A stretch of DNA of 54,967 bases, taken from the IMG/VR virus record IMGVR_UViG_3300033146_003625, positions 1-54,967 of that record. One strand, written 5' to 3'. Shown here in pieces: positions 9,568-19,649 of the stretch. The position numbers and the translations under genes were made by a program. The notes below the pieces were generated by a model, which had not been told where the DNA came from, did not search any database, and saw only the letters and a program-made list of their open reading frames with translations. Source of the DNA: a virus (Duplodnaviria; Caudoviricetes). Each line of letters begins with the position of its first letter. Positions within the stretch are counted from its first letter, which is position 1.

Positions 9568-9897
9568 TTATCTGCGTCCTTGACTTTTAGGAAGTTTTCT
9601 TCCTCTTCCCATATTACTCGCTAGTATCGGGAACGAATCAACTCTTGCTAACATAAAATCTTTAATGGTTGTTTCAGTTCCGTCTACTATTCCGTCGCCG
9701 TCAGCATCTAATTGCGTAATAATTGGACTGTTTTCTAAAAACAAATCTATATTAAATTCGCCATCAACATAGCACTCTTTTGTCATTTGTCTACTTCCGT
9801 CCCTAAGACGACCATTAGCACTTCGTTCTACTTGACCGCTAGCAAATACACTTGCTGCTACTAACATGATAATTAACAGTAAAAATAATTTCTTCAT
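9568..9897 (-). CDS. Secreted protein with DxDxDG Ca-binding motif
   Basis: Signal peptide MKKLFLLLIIMLVAASVFA-SGQVE; LDADGDGIVD. Confidence 0.7.
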   Translation of the reverse strand: MKKLFLLLIIMLVAASVFASGQVERSANGRLRDGSRQMTKECYVDGEFNIDLFLENSPIITQLDADGDGIVDGTETTIKDFMLARVDSFPILASNMGRGRKLPKSQGRR

Positions 9898-10026
9898 ATA
9901 AATCTCCTTTTTAGAACAACTTTTTGTTGTTCATATACTATTATCTATGTATTTTTTAGGAGATTATTGTGTTCAAAAAGTCAAAAATACAGACAAAACA
10001 TAAGTGGTTTACATCTCGTTTACATT

Positions 10027-10536
10027 CTAACGAGTTATAATTAAATACTTCTCTTTTTTTATGATATTAATATTAGGAAATGCTTCTTCTATTTCTTCTT
10101 TATAGAAGGAGATAGTTTTATTATTTTGCCAACCTTTGATTGTTCTCTCTAATATACCTTTACCGCTTTTTGCATATACGCCAATTATAGCTTTTGCTTC
10201 AGGTTTCATATGAATAAGCATACGGTTTATAGCTTCTATTCTTTCTTCTTTTGTAGGGATGACATTAAGAACATTAAGCATTGTGGCTGAATCTGCGCCG
10301 CCTCTTTTTATACAAATTATTAAAGCTAGATGGTTGTTAAGTTCACTTAAATTATATGGGTCATACGGGATATTTGTAATATTATGTATGTATAAAAATT
10401 TTGTAGCTTTAACATATTTTCCTGCACCGTAGTCTAAATTAATTCCGTCTTTAACACCTATATTAAAACTTATAAGTTTTTTAATACCAGCAGGTAATTG
10501 GTTTAGGCTAGTACCTTTACTTTCTTTTCCAGTCAT
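10027..10536 (-). CDS. Class I SAM-dependent methyltransferase
   Basis: LDYGAGKY, YDPY, NVLNVI. Confidence 0.7.
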   Translation of the reverse strand: MTGKESKGTSLNQLPAGIKKLISFNIGVKDGINLDYGAGKYVKATKFLYIHNITNIPYDPYNLSELNNHLALIICIKRGGADSATMLNVLNVIPTKEERIEAINRMLIHMKPEAKAIIGVYAKSGKGILERTIKGWQNNKTISFYKEEIEEAFPNINIIKKEKYLIITR

Positions 10537-10635
10537 GTAAGTATCTTACTCCATATTTAACATAAAATATGCTTTGTCACAAAGATATTTATATGATAAA
10601 GTAGAAAAATATGGTTTAGGCGGGTATTCGTCTAT

Positions 10636-11964
10636 CTATTCAATGTTAATATGAGTTAAATCTTCAAGCCACATATTTTTGGGTGTTTTACTATTAACAG
10701 TAGTTAAATCTTTTTTGATCATTTTTAATTCTTTTTCTAATTCTTTAATCTTTTCATATGTTAAAGAATATATAGGGAGACGTAATAAATAATCATAGGA
10801 ATTATCAATTTTAACATATTCTCCTTCTTCAAGCCATTTAATAATATCCTTCTTTTTCTTTTCAGCTACGATAGATGAATCTTCAATTATTGCTTTTATA
10901 AATTTAATCTTATTTTCAACAACTAATTTTTTATGTTTATATATTTCGATTAAATATTTCTTTCTCTTAGTATAATACTTCAACCTAATTTTAATATACT
11001 TTTCTAAAAGTTCAACATCATCTTTAAATTCAATTATAGTGTTGTTTTCATCAGTACAAGTAAAATTTTCTGAGAGCGTTTTCTTTAATTTCAATACCTC
11101 GATTATATCTTCATCATTCTTATCCATGAAGTCTCGTGATACTCTTAATATAAATTCAAAATTATCATCACTAGAGGAGTCGACATAATCTTTTATAACC
11201 TTCTCGTCAACTAAACTATTCAATATCTGGAGGTATTGCTTTAAATCATATCCTATAGGAATTTCTGTAATTTTAATTTGTGTTCTGCCTTGAGGTATAA
11301 ATTTGCCTAAAATGTTCCAAGTTCCAGGTTTATCACTTTTTTCTATATCACCATTGAAACCGTTATAATGAGGTTTTAATGGCTTAAAAATATATTTTGT
11401 AGATTTAAGTCTGTTTCTAATTTGATGTTGGAGCTCGTAAGCACTTCGAGGTAATATCTTCTGTGCAAAACCATTACCTATGCCCTCAGAACCATTTACT
11501 AAAATGAGCGGCAAGACGGGCATATAATATTTATATTCTATTTTTTCGCCTTCAAACTCTTGATTATCAAGAATGGCTTTATCTCTTGAATCAAACATTT
11601 TATCAAACCAATCCGATTTCTTAGTATAAATATATCTTGCCGATGATGGTTCTTGTATAAATCTTGAACCAAAATTGCCGTCAGGGAAAAGAAGATTTAT
11701 GTTATTAGAGCCTGTAAAATTTTTAGCTAAGCCGGATATAACACCAGAGAGTGATTGTTCACCATGGAGATACTGCGTCTCTTCTGCAACTTTAGAACCT
11801 AATTGCGATGATTTAATTTTAGTTTTAATATTATATTTATCTATGGTATATATAACCTTTCTTGATGAAGGTTTAAATCCATCTATATAACAACCTATTG
11901 AACGAAAATTAGCATAAAGAGCAGCTTGAGTATATTCTATGTTATAAAAATCAGTTATTTTCAT
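10636..11964 (-). CDS. Type IIA topoisomerase breakage-reunion subunit (T4 gp52/GyrA-like)
   Basis: DGFKPSSRKV, YLHGEQSL, GNFGSR, SSARY (catalytic Tyr), NGSEGIGNG. Confidence 0.93.
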   Translation of the reverse strand: MKITDFYNIEYTQAALYANFRSIGCYIDGFKPSSRKVIYTIDKYNIKTKIKSSQLGSKVAEETQYLHGEQSLSGVISGLAKNFTGSNNINLLFPDGNFGSRFIQEPSSARYIYTKKSDWFDKMFDSRDKAILDNQEFEGEKIEYKYYMPVLPLILVNGSEGIGNGFAQKILPRSAYELQHQIRNRLKSTKYIFKPLKPHYNGFNGDIEKSDKPGTWNILGKFIPQGRTQIKITEIPIGYDLKQYLQILNSLVDEKVIKDYVDSSSDDNFEFILRVSRDFMDKNDEDIIEVLKLKKTLSENFTCTDENNTIIEFKDDVELLEKYIKIRLKYYTKRKKYLIEIYKHKKLVVENKIKFIKAIIEDSSIVAEKKKKDIIKWLEEGEYVKIDNSYDYLLRLPIYSLTYEKIKELEKELKMIKKDLTTVNSKTPKNMWLEDLTHINIE

Positions 11965-12718
11965 TTAATTTCCAACCTTTTTTCCATCCTTTATCTAAGT
12001 AATCATTTAAATCTTTTTCATTACAATATTTTCTTATTTTTCCATTATTAATTTGTTTTTTACCTTTTGCTGTTGCTAACTTTTTTCTATATTCTACGGA
12101 ATATTTTTGGTTTCTTCCTTTTATCCAACTCTTAGACTTATAATAATTCCATTCTCCAATATGAATCATTTTATTACTATAATTTTTATGAATCCAAAAA
12201 CTATTTTTAGCATGTTTTCCTAAATTTGAGTTTCCTCTTATATTTAATCTACCTAAAACCCAACCTTCATTTAAATAAAAATTCAACCTTTCAGGTAACA
12301 CACGTTTAGATTTTTGGTCTTTAGAAATAAATATCGCTTTTCTATTAAAAGCAGCAGTTGTTAGTATGGCTTCCTCTCTAAGAGCATTATATTGTCTTGA
12401 ATTGATTTTAAAATAAACTTCTTTTCTGTGTGGATTTTTTTGACCAAAAAACCAAAAAGCTATTGCCATTTTTTTATTATATGTTTTCCACAAAATTAAA
12501 TGAGCAATGAAATGTTCTCTTGTAGATAAGAATATTAAATTACTATCGTCATCTTTACCACCAAAAGATTTAGGTACTATATGATGTTTTTCCACATATA
12601 TATTTTCATCTAAAATTCTTTTAGATCTAGATTCTATAAACTCAATATATCTATTATAGTGAATAATATTGTTACTATTATTTGGTTTTTTTAAATTATT
12701 TAATATATAATTATACAT
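11951..12718 (-). CDS. HNH homing endonuclease
   Basis: EKHHIVPKSFGG..NL..L..REHFIAH; repeated GWxxG DNA-binding modules. Confidence 0.85.
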   Translation of the reverse strand: MYNYILNNLKKPNNSNNIIHYNRYIEFIESRSKRILDENIYVEKHHIVPKSFGGKDDDSNLIFLSTREHFIAHLILWKTYNKKMAIAFWFFGQKNPHRKEVYFKINSRQYNALREEAILTTAAFNRKAIFISKDQKSKRVLPERLNFYLNEGWVLGRLNIRGNSNLGKHAKNSFWIHKNYSNKMIHIGEWNYYKSKSWIKGRNQKYSVEYRKKLATAKGKKQINNGKIRKYCNEKDLNDYLDKGWKKGWKLNENN

Positions 12719-12735
12719 ATATTAAAATATGCTTT

Positions 12736-12972
12736 TTAATCTTCATTTATTTCCTCATACTTCAAATAATAAATTGTACCATTAGGTTTATCCATTGGCC
12801 ACGCCATAAGGCCTCTTCCTTTTTCCCAAAAATTACAATAATCATCATTTTCTTTTATTACACGTTCGGCCATAATATTTTGATAACATATATTATCTCC
12901 TATGTTACACCACTTACATGTTGAGCATGTTTGGTCTAAAAGAACATGTTTTGCTTGTTCATCATTTTTCAT
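12736..12972 (-). CDS. Small Cys-rich protein
   Basis: AKHVLLDQTCSTCKW...C...CNFW. Confidence 0.65.
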   Translation of the reverse strand: MKNDEQAKHVLLDQTCSTCKWCNIGDNICYQNIMAERVIKENDDYCNFWEKGRGLMAWPMDKPNGTIYYLKYEEINED

Positions 12973-13135
12973 CTTTTGCTCTCCAGTAGGAACAACTCAT
13001 ACTTTTTGGAAAGGGGACATTATTTTTATTATCCGGTCTATTTATGAAAATGGAGCATTCATCTTCACCTGCATAACGACAATAAGCACAAGTTTTATCA
13101 ACCAAATACATTTTAGCTATTTTATCTTCATTCAT
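12962..13135 (-). CDS. Small 4-Cys protein (57 aa, not in the ORF track)
   Basis: MNEDKIAKMYLVDKTCAYCRY..C..SCSYWRAKDEK; ATGA-coupled; paralog of 12736 and 29279. Confidence 0.7.
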   Translation of the reverse strand: MNEDKIAKMYLVDKTCAYCRYAGEDECSIFINRPDNKNNVPFPKSMSCSYWRAKDEK

Positions 13136-13524
13136 TTCACAGTTGCAAAATAGTGATCTACAGTCTCGATTGCTTCATCTTCTCGCATACCAAACCATTC
13201 AAACTTCTCAACTCTTAGCATTGGATGAGGCTCAAAAAACTCTATCATTATGGAGTAACCTGTTTCACCATCTCCAAACCTATTCTTATCAATAAAGAAG
13301 GAAATACTTTCTATACTCTCATCTTCTGATAACCTAACAATCGCATCAAATATATTATTTGTATAACTTATCTCTTTAGGTTTCTCAACTTCTATTATCT
13401 TTTTAACATTTGTTACTTCATCTAAATTGTTTCGACCTATAAATATTATTACTAATGCAACTACAACCAATATAAAAAATAATGCCGTTTTTATATAATT
13501 TATTTGTGTTTTACTCAATTTCAT
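13132..13524 (-). CDS. Membrane-anchored hypothetical protein
   Basis: N-terminal TM segment ALFFILVVVALVIIFIG. Confidence 0.65.
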   Translation of the reverse strand: MKLSKTQINYIKTALFFILVVVALVIIFIGRNNLDEVTNVKKIIEVEKPKEISYTNNIFDAIVRLSEDESIESISFFIDKNRFGDGETGYSIMIEFFEPHPMLRVEKFEWFGMREDEAIETVDHYFATVK

Positions 13525-13777
13525 CTTTTTTACTCTCTATTGAAAATAACTTCACTTCTACTATATAATCAAATTGTTTTCTTAACCCTTTTAGATAATA
13601 TGAAAGGATACTTTGCTGCAATTCACCCGATAATTTGTCATAGGCATCATCGAATTGTAATTCAACAATTCCACTCTCACCGTCAAGACATACAAGACTT
13701 GGACTCTCCAAATCATCTCCCAATTCCTTAGTTAACAAACTTAATTCATTCTTAATTGCTGTAATATCCATCGTCAC
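13511..13777 (-). CDS. Hypothetical protein
   Basis: Coupled ORF. Confidence 0.55.
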   Translation of the reverse strand: MTMDITAIKNELSLLTKELGDDLESPSLVCLDGESGIVELQFDDAYDKLSGELQQSILSYYLKGLRKQFDYIVEVKLFSIESKKDEIE

Positions 13778-14241
13778 TCCAAATTTGATAAAATATTTTT
13801 TACAGTATCTTGTAAACCTGTAAATTTAACGTTAAAATCGATCAAATCAACATTTACTTGTTTTTCTCTTAATTCTAAATAAATTAAAGCATCTTCCATA
13901 ATTTCAAACAATAATTTTTTTTCTTCATTATTATTTAAAATATTATATATACATTTCTCATCATCAATATCACGCACAATACGAGTATACTTTCTATATG
14001 AAAAAAATAAAAATTTAGTTTTCACCATTGCAAAAATACTCACCCTTCCAGCATAGCCATCAGGTATATGTTTCCATATATAATTTATATGATTATTTCT
14101 ATCTGGAAATTCAGCTAATCTTTTCCAGATATTATCTAATTTTTTCATTGCTGCTCTAGTATGTTTATCCACCGTACTACACTCACTTTTACATTTTAAA
14201 TATATCAAATTCTTTATTACGTAAATATGCCTTCCGCTCAT
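13774..14241 (-). CDS. Hypothetical protein
   Basis: Coupled ORF; the true start may be downstream. Confidence 0.55.
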   Translation of the reverse strand: MSGRHIYVIKNLIYLKCKSECSTVDKHTRAAMKKLDNIWKRLAEFPDRNNHINYIWKHIPDGYAGRVSIFAMVKTKFLFFSYRKYTRIVRDIDDEKCIYNILNNNEEKKLLFEIMEDALIYLELREKQVNVDLIDFNVKFTGLQDTVKNILSNLE

Positions 14242-14950
14242 CAGATTTTACATCTCCACCTGCCATCCAGGATCTCAACACTTTCTCATACCCTTCATCT
14301 TCCTCAAAGGAGTCAATGAAGGTGTCAAGACCATAATCATCAAATAATTTACCTAAATCAGATTTTCCTCTCCATGTTCCCAACCCTTTGTAGAAGTTAT
14401 AATCGTAATTTTTATTTTTCTTTTGGAATTTTAAATATTCGTCGAAAGAGAGAAAATATTCTTTAATTACATCCTTTTTAACAGCTGTAATCATAGGTGT
14501 TGTTAAAATTTTAATTCTTCCATCTTTAATTAGTTGGGGTGCAAATTTGTTAAAGATGGTAAGTATTAAACCTCGTATAAGGATACCATCAAGATCCGCA
14601 TCAGTTGCGATTAGGACGTTTTCAAAATTCATATCTGTTTGAGAATCTGTAAGATTGAGATTAAGAATTTGTGTTATATGTGTAATTTCTTTGTTACCTG
14701 TAATTTTAGATGTTGTTGCTTTGAGAACGTTTAATGGTTTTCCTCTTAAAGAAAAATAAGCAAAACCATTTCGGCCTAAAACTTTCATAATTGAGGCTGT
14801 CGCGGAATTATGTGATATAATATTATTTGCAAGTAAAAATGAACTATCATCTTCTATTTCAATATCTATCATATTAACATATTCATTAGTTAAAGTAATA
14901 CTTTCTATTTCTTCAAATGAAAATATAAATTCGTCTATTTTATCTAACAT
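14189..14950 (-). CDS. C-intein fused to the C-terminal half of the topoisomerase II B subunit (TOPRIM)
   Basis: MIDIEIEDDSSFLLANNIISHN|SATAS; LRGKPLNV, ATDADLDG, YKGLG. Confidence 0.9.
   Translation of the reverse strand: MLDKIDEFIFSFEEIESITLTNEYVNMIDIEIEDDSSFLLANNIISHNSATASIMKVLGRNGFAYFSLRGKPLNVLKATTSKITGNKEITHITQILNLNLTDSQTDMNFENVLIATDADLDGILIRGLILTIFNKFAPQLIKDGRIKILTTPMITAVKKDVIKEYFLSFDEYLKFQKKNKNYDYNFYKGLGTWRGKSDLGKLFDDYGLDTFIDSFEEDEGYEKVLRSWMAGGDVKSDERKAYLRNKEFDIFKM
14807..14950 (-). mobile_element. Split intein, C fragment (48 aa)
   Basis: Blocks F/G ending in HN, followed by Ser+1. Confidence 0.9.
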
Positions 14951-16277
14951 TATTTGTCCTTTTAATTAAATCGAATAATATTTTATATTTTTCATCAAAA
15001 TTATCAGATGAAAAAACTTCTTCTATATTAAAATTATGCTTTTTAGCACAATTTTGTTTTACAATATCTTGTTTTCTTTTTTTATCTGCAGATATATTAG
15101 AAAATAAACTTTTCCAATTAGACCATGTCTCATTATTCCAATTTGGATTAGGATGAAACTTTTCGCCATGATATTCTATAATAATTTTTTTACTTCTTAT
15201 ACAAAAATCATAAAAATAAATACTTTCATTTGTTTTTAAAAAAAATTCATTTCTGTTACAAGTTCCTATATAAATATCAGATTTTAGTATTCCAATTGAA
15301 AAACAATATTTTATAATTGGTTTAAAAAAATTCCATGCTTCTTTCGAAGAATTGTTAAATTTAACATTATTTATTACAGATGAATTTATAAAATTTTTAT
15401 ATTTTATTAAACCTTCCTTCTTACCATATTTATTTATTAAATTTTTTTTATTAATACCTTGACTTTTGCATAATTTTTGCCATTTATCTAAACCAGCCTT
15501 TTCTCCGTATTGATCAATATAATATTGTAATGAAGATTTATATTTTTTTTCTTTTACATAATTATTATATTTTTCTAGTCCTATTTCTTGACCATATTTA
15601 TTAATATAATCAGATTTTTTATTACTCCATTTAAATCTCCACTTATCCCATTTGTCTTTACCCATTTTATCAATTGATAATGCTTTACTTTTATCTATAG
15701 ATTTTTTTATTTCTATACCTTTAACTCCATATTTTTTTATATAAGCTTCTTCTGTATAAGAATATTTATGATTATTTATAAAATTATTATATTTAATTTT
15801 ACCTTTTTTTTCATTATATTTTTTAATAAAAAACTCTTCATTACGAGTTTGACTTTGTAAATAATCATTTTTAGTAGCATGATTTTCTACATAAAATGGT
15901 GATTTATTTCTTTTATGTATAAATTTAAGAGCTTCATTCGCTGAAAGTCCATATACTTTTTCAACAAATTCACGACTATTAGGATTGTAATTTTTTGAAG
16001 GACAACTTTTAGAATTACATTTATGTGGATGTAAATAAATAATATCATTTACATAAATTGAATTAGTATAATTATTTAATACAAATTTTATTTCTTTAAC
16101 ATACGAAAATTCATTACAAAATCCACATTTATTTATATCCCAACCATTTTGACTTAAAACTTTTTCAATAGATGTATTATTTCTTGAAAAATATGAACGT
16201 AATATAGTATTACACTTTTTATTATTTTTGATATATTTTGTTAATGAAACAACTGTATTTTTTTTAATATTTATCAT
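14940..16277 (-). CDS. Free-standing Vsr-like endonuclease between the split-intein halves
   Basis: KYGxxxG repeats; YFYDF..IIIEYHGEKFH..D..K. Confidence 0.8.
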   Translation of the reverse strand: MINIKKNTVVSLTKYIKNNKKCNTILRSYFSRNNTSIEKVLSQNGWDINKCGFCNEFSYVKEIKFVLNNYTNSIYVNDIIYLHPHKCNSKSCPSKNYNPNSREFVEKVYGLSANEALKFIHKRNKSPFYVENHATKNDYLQSQTRNEEFFIKKYNEKKGKIKYNNFINNHKYSYTEEAYIKKYGVKGIEIKKSIDKSKALSIDKMGKDKWDKWRFKWSNKKSDYINKYGQEIGLEKYNNYVKEKKYKSSLQYYIDQYGEKAGLDKWQKLCKSQGINKKNLINKYGKKEGLIKYKNFINSSVINNVKFNNSSKEAWNFFKPIIKYCFSIGILKSDIYIGTCNRNEFFLKTNESIYFYDFCIRSKKIIIEYHGEKFHPNPNWNNETWSNWKSLFSNISADKKRKQDIVKQNCAKKHNFNIEEVFSSDNFDEKYKILFDLIKRTNNVR

Positions 16278-16318
16278 ACTTTATCTTGTAATAATTAGTT
16301 AAAATATATCAAAAACAT

Positions 16319-18085
16319 TTAAATGCTATCTCCTTCAACTAAAACAATATTCATATCTGGTTTTAAATTTTTTGTCATGATCAAATAAAATTTTAATTCT
16401 TCGGGAATTAAAATTAAAAATTTATGAGTAGCAGAGCTTAATATTTCACCATCTTCCGTTACAATTCTATAATTATATTTATTATTTATTTTTTTAATTT
16501 TATCAATACTATTTATAGTAGATGAAAATTGTATATTACCTAATTTACTTTTAATTAAAAAATGTTTTGTTTTATCGATATTTTTTAATTGAATAAATTC
16601 AAATATTTGAGTTTGTTTGTTATAAACAAATAATTTATGAGTATGAGATGCTATAATTTCATTATTTTTGGTTTTTATAATTCCTTTTTGTTTTATACTT
16701 GATGATTTATTTAAAACTTGTTTAATATTATGATTATGTGTTAAAACCATATCTCCGACTTTAACATCTTTTATTTTTATATCAATAATAGAATTATTTT
16801 TTATTATTTTTATTTTTTCATCTTCATGTAAACAGTCTCCCTCGCAAAGAACAAGATATTTGTTATTACCAGAAGACGGAAAATATTTATCAATATTCAG
16901 TCTCTTCTTAGTCTTACTCATCTCTTTTAATTCTTTCCTTTTCTTCAACTCTTCTTTAACACGATAAGTTTCAGTTATATCATCTATGAGGATTTTATTT
17001 TTATAAATTTTAGCAACAAACTTATCTAAATCTTCATTACTTAAAGATAAATATTCTTTAATATGTGGGAAACCATTAGTTAGTTGTTCTTTAGTTTGGG
17101 AGGAGAAACGAGCATCTGGAAAATGATTCATAAACATAATAATTTGAATTTTATTCTTTATATCACCAGGTTTAATACCTTTATATCGTCTATTTAGCTT
17201 CTCTCTAAGACGACTAACAATCTCATTCGTTATATAATCAATATGATTTCCGCCATTCTTTATATAAAGGCCATTTACGTATGTGAAATAGGAGAAATCA
17301 TCAGATGGGGATGGAATGACAGAGATAAAATAATCATCCCTCTCTATAATCTCATATGTATCAGAAAATTTTTTTACTAAATCTTTTCCATTTTTAAATT
17401 TAACAACCTTCCCGTTAAAAGTAAAACGTATATTAGGATGAGAAACAGATAGATAGCTTAATCTTTGTTTAATTAAATCCATATAAATTGGTGTTATTTC
17501 TTCAAGTGAGAAACGTTTTAAATCTGGCTCAAACTTAACCTGTGTATATTTAAGAGAAGATTTAGTTATTTTATGAGATGCATGTTCCAAATTATTTTTA
17601 CATTTAAGAGAGAATTTATTTTTCCCGTCTGCCGTATCAACATTAAATTTGAGAGAAAAACAATTTGTTGCAAAGGAGCCAACGCCATTCATACCTATAG
17701 TTTGTCTATCTCCATCATCAAAATTCGCTCCAGCTCTTGCTTCACAGAAGGCAATATCTGGACCATACTTATCTGTGCCCTCAACTTTAACTATAGGAAT
17801 ACCTCTTCCATTATCTTTAATATCTACTAAAACGGAATTCATCTTAACGTCTATACGGTTGGCAAATTTATAATTAGTTCTAACCGCTTCGTCTATTGAA
17901 TTATCTAAAATTTCGTTAATAATTTTTATAAGAGCTGGAACATACTCAATCTCCTTCTTCTCAATTTTCTCTCCAGTGATTATAAATTCTTCACTTTTAA
18001 TTTCGTCTATACTTCCTATATATTGACCGCTTCTACGCAAAACATGATCTCTTTCTGAGAGTTTTATAATTATATTATCTTTCAA
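16319..18085 (-). CDS. Topoisomerase II B subunit, N-terminal half (GHKL ATPase) fused to an N-intein
   Basis: EILDNSIDE, DNGRGIP, GANFDD, GMNGVG, FSSQTKE, LVLCEGD|CLHED. Confidence 0.92.
   Translation of the reverse strand: MKDNIIIKLSERDHVLRRSGQYIGSIDEIKSEEFIITGEKIEKKEIEYVPALIKIINEILDNSIDEAVRTNYKFANRIDVKMNSVLVDIKDNGRGIPIVKVEGTDKYGPDIAFCEARAGANFDDGDRQTIGMNGVGSFATNCFSLKFNVDTADGKNKFSLKCKNNLEHASHKITKSSLKYTQVKFEPDLKRFSLEEITPIYMDLIKQRLSYLSVSHPNIRFTFNGKVVKFKNGKDLVKKFSDTYEIIERDDYFISVIPSPSDDFSYFTYVNGLYIKNGGNHIDYITNEIVSRLREKLNRRYKGIKPGDIKNKIQIIMFMNHFPDARFSSQTKEQLTNGFPHIKEYLSLSNEDLDKFVAKIYKNKILIDDITETYRVKEELKKRKELKEMSKTKKRLNIDKYFPSSGNNKYLVLCEGDCLHEDEKIKIIKNNSIIDIKIKDVKVGDMVLTHNHNIKQVLNKSSSIKQKGIIKTKNNEIIASHTHKLFVYNKQTQIFEFIQLKNIDKTKHFLIKSKLGNIQFSSTINSIDKIKKINNKYNYRIVTEDGEILSSATHKFLILIPEELKFYLIMTKNLKPDMNIVLVEGDSI
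16322..16834 (-). mobile_element. Split intein, N fragment (171 aa)
   Basis: Starts CLHEDEKI..IKIKDVKVGDMVLT; block-B-like SxxH motifs. Confidence 0.88.
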
Positions 18086-18458
18086 AATTTTCCTTCTATA
18101 ACTTTAGTATATATTTAATTATGCTTATTTAACTGATACATTTAAATCGTAATGTAGAGATTCTTTATATTTAAGACATAGAAGTTCTTTTGACTCTTCA
18201 AATAGATAACGATACCAACCAATAAGCATTTCTTGAGTTCATAAATAATTATCCGTAAGCATGAGTTTAGCTATTTCATCTTCTGTCCTTACTATAAACA
18301 TAACAATTTTTTAGCCTTCTTATATATAATATATTTTTCTATATCTATAATTGGTATTTTACGTCTTAAATATCTATACTTTGATGCACTTACTTGGAAA
18401 CCACTATTAAGTTTAAACCATAATTTTTTATTATACCCATAACGTTTAATAAATTTTT

Positions 18459-18713
18459 TCATAATATAAGGTACAATTTTGCAAGAGTACTTGCTTCGTT
18501 ATTAAAACTGATACCAATTTTATTATCAAATTTTTTAAATAAAATATTATTTAATTTGTTTACATTTAAATAATATTTATATTCTTCTTCACCTTTAATA
18601 ATATTTATATTTCTATCGTAAGCTTTTATATAAAATATAGGCGAAAGATTAGTATCGTCTACTTCATTAGTTTTATAAATATCCATCTTTTTTTGCATCA
18701 TCGAATTTAACAT
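18459..18713 (-). CDS. Hypothetical protein
   Basis: ORF; start uncertain. Confidence 0.5.
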   Translation of the reverse strand: MLNSMMQKKMDIYKTNEVDDTNLSPIFYIKAYDRNINIIKGEEEYKYYLNVNKLNNILFKKFDNKIGISFNNEASTLAKLYLIL

Positions 18714-18727
18714 TTATAGTACAAAGT

Positions 18728-18964
18728 TTAGTCATCGTCAGCTGCTAATGCCTTAGCCTTTGCAACTATTAAATCCTCTGCTCCAGAGACAGTATTTTTA
18801 ATTGTTCTACGTTTGATAATCTTTTGATAATGTTCAATTTGTTTCTCTAAATCTTTGTCATCTTTATATTCAATTTCTAATTCCATAGAATCGCTAGATT
18901 CAACTGGGTTAAAACTTACAGCTTGAATTTTTGCAGAGAAGCCCACATTGATTTTTGCCTTCAT
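18728..18964 (-). CDS. Hypothetical protein
   Basis: AAGGAG SD, 78 aa. Confidence 0.7.
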   Translation of the reverse strand: MKAKINVGFSAKIQAVSFNPVESSDSMELEIEYKDDKDLEKQIEHYQKIIKRRTIKNTVSGAEDLIVAKAKALAADDD

Positions 18965-18968
18965 ATGT

Positions 18969-19220
18969 TTACTCCTTTATTGTTTCTTCATGTGTTATTT
19001 TCATACCTTCTTTAAGGAAGCGTCTAAATCCTTTCTTGTAGAATGGCTGCATATCTTTCTCATACTTCAATTGTATAATTTTTAATTCTTTTATCTCTTT
19101 ATCAGTTAATTTATCTAAATCAATTCCATCAACCCATTTATCATTACCATGAAGAGACATAACCTTCCTCTCAGATTTATCACCATTTTTCTTTTCATAA
19201 TCAAAATTAAAAATCTTCAT
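18969..19220 (-). CDS. Small WYL/SH3-fold-like phage protein
   Basis: FDYEKKNGDKSERKV...GIDL...FRRF. Confidence 0.55.
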   Translation of the reverse strand: MKIFNFDYEKKNGDKSERKVMSLHGNDKWVDGIDLDKLTDKEIKELKIIQLKYEKDMQPFYKKGFRRFLKEGMKITHEETIKE

Positions 19221-19221
19221 T

Positions 19222-19407
19222 TTATAAATCCTTTATATTATTTATATTGATAAACAGTTTAGTAAGCGCTTTATTTATAACATCATTTACTAAAAGTTTA
19301 TTTTCAACGTTCACGTCTTCACGATCCAATAAACTCCCTGCCCGTGTAATAATATCTAGCATCGCGTTAACATTGTTATAAGCTAATCCTTGCCCTGTAT
19401 CTGACAT
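19222..19407 (-). CDS. Hypothetical protein
   Basis: 61-aa ORF in the operon. Confidence 0.55.
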   Translation of the reverse strand: MSDTGQGLAYNNVNAMLDIITRAGSLLDREDVNVENKLLVNDVINKALTKLFININNIKDL

Positions 19408-19418
19408 GTTTTTCTCTT

Positions 19419-19649
19419 TTATTTTACAAATGTAAATCTTGACATACTGTTACCATCTTCTGCCATTGGTTCAATGAACATAATAGACGGTCTCACCCAT
19501 ACTTTACCATTTTCTAAAGAACGATATATAACCATATCTTCCAACGTTTCTGAATGTTTGGCATTCTCTATAACTTCATATATTCCACCTTTATAATGTT
19601 TATAAATACCTGGATGTATTGTCATATTAATATCTAGTGATTCGTCCAT
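19419..19649 (-). CDS. DUF1653-family protein
   Basis: GIYKHYKGGIYEV...HSETLE..VIY...WVRP..MF...RF. Confidence 0.88.
   Translation of the reverse strand: MDESLDINMTIHPGIYKHYKGGIYEVIENAKHSETLEDMVIYRSLENGKVWVRPSIMFIEPMAEDGNSMSRFTFVK

Noticed and set aside
16319-16345. N-intein ends in LVEGDSI, mimicking the EGDSA insertion site
   Set aside because: The DNA is GAAGGAG followed by TAAATG and a 7-codon ORF, so a relic SD or chance explains it; too short to claim a target duplication
18127-18462. Short minus-strand frames between topo B and 18459
   Set aside because: Fragmented frames under 60 aa; cannot tell small genes from decay
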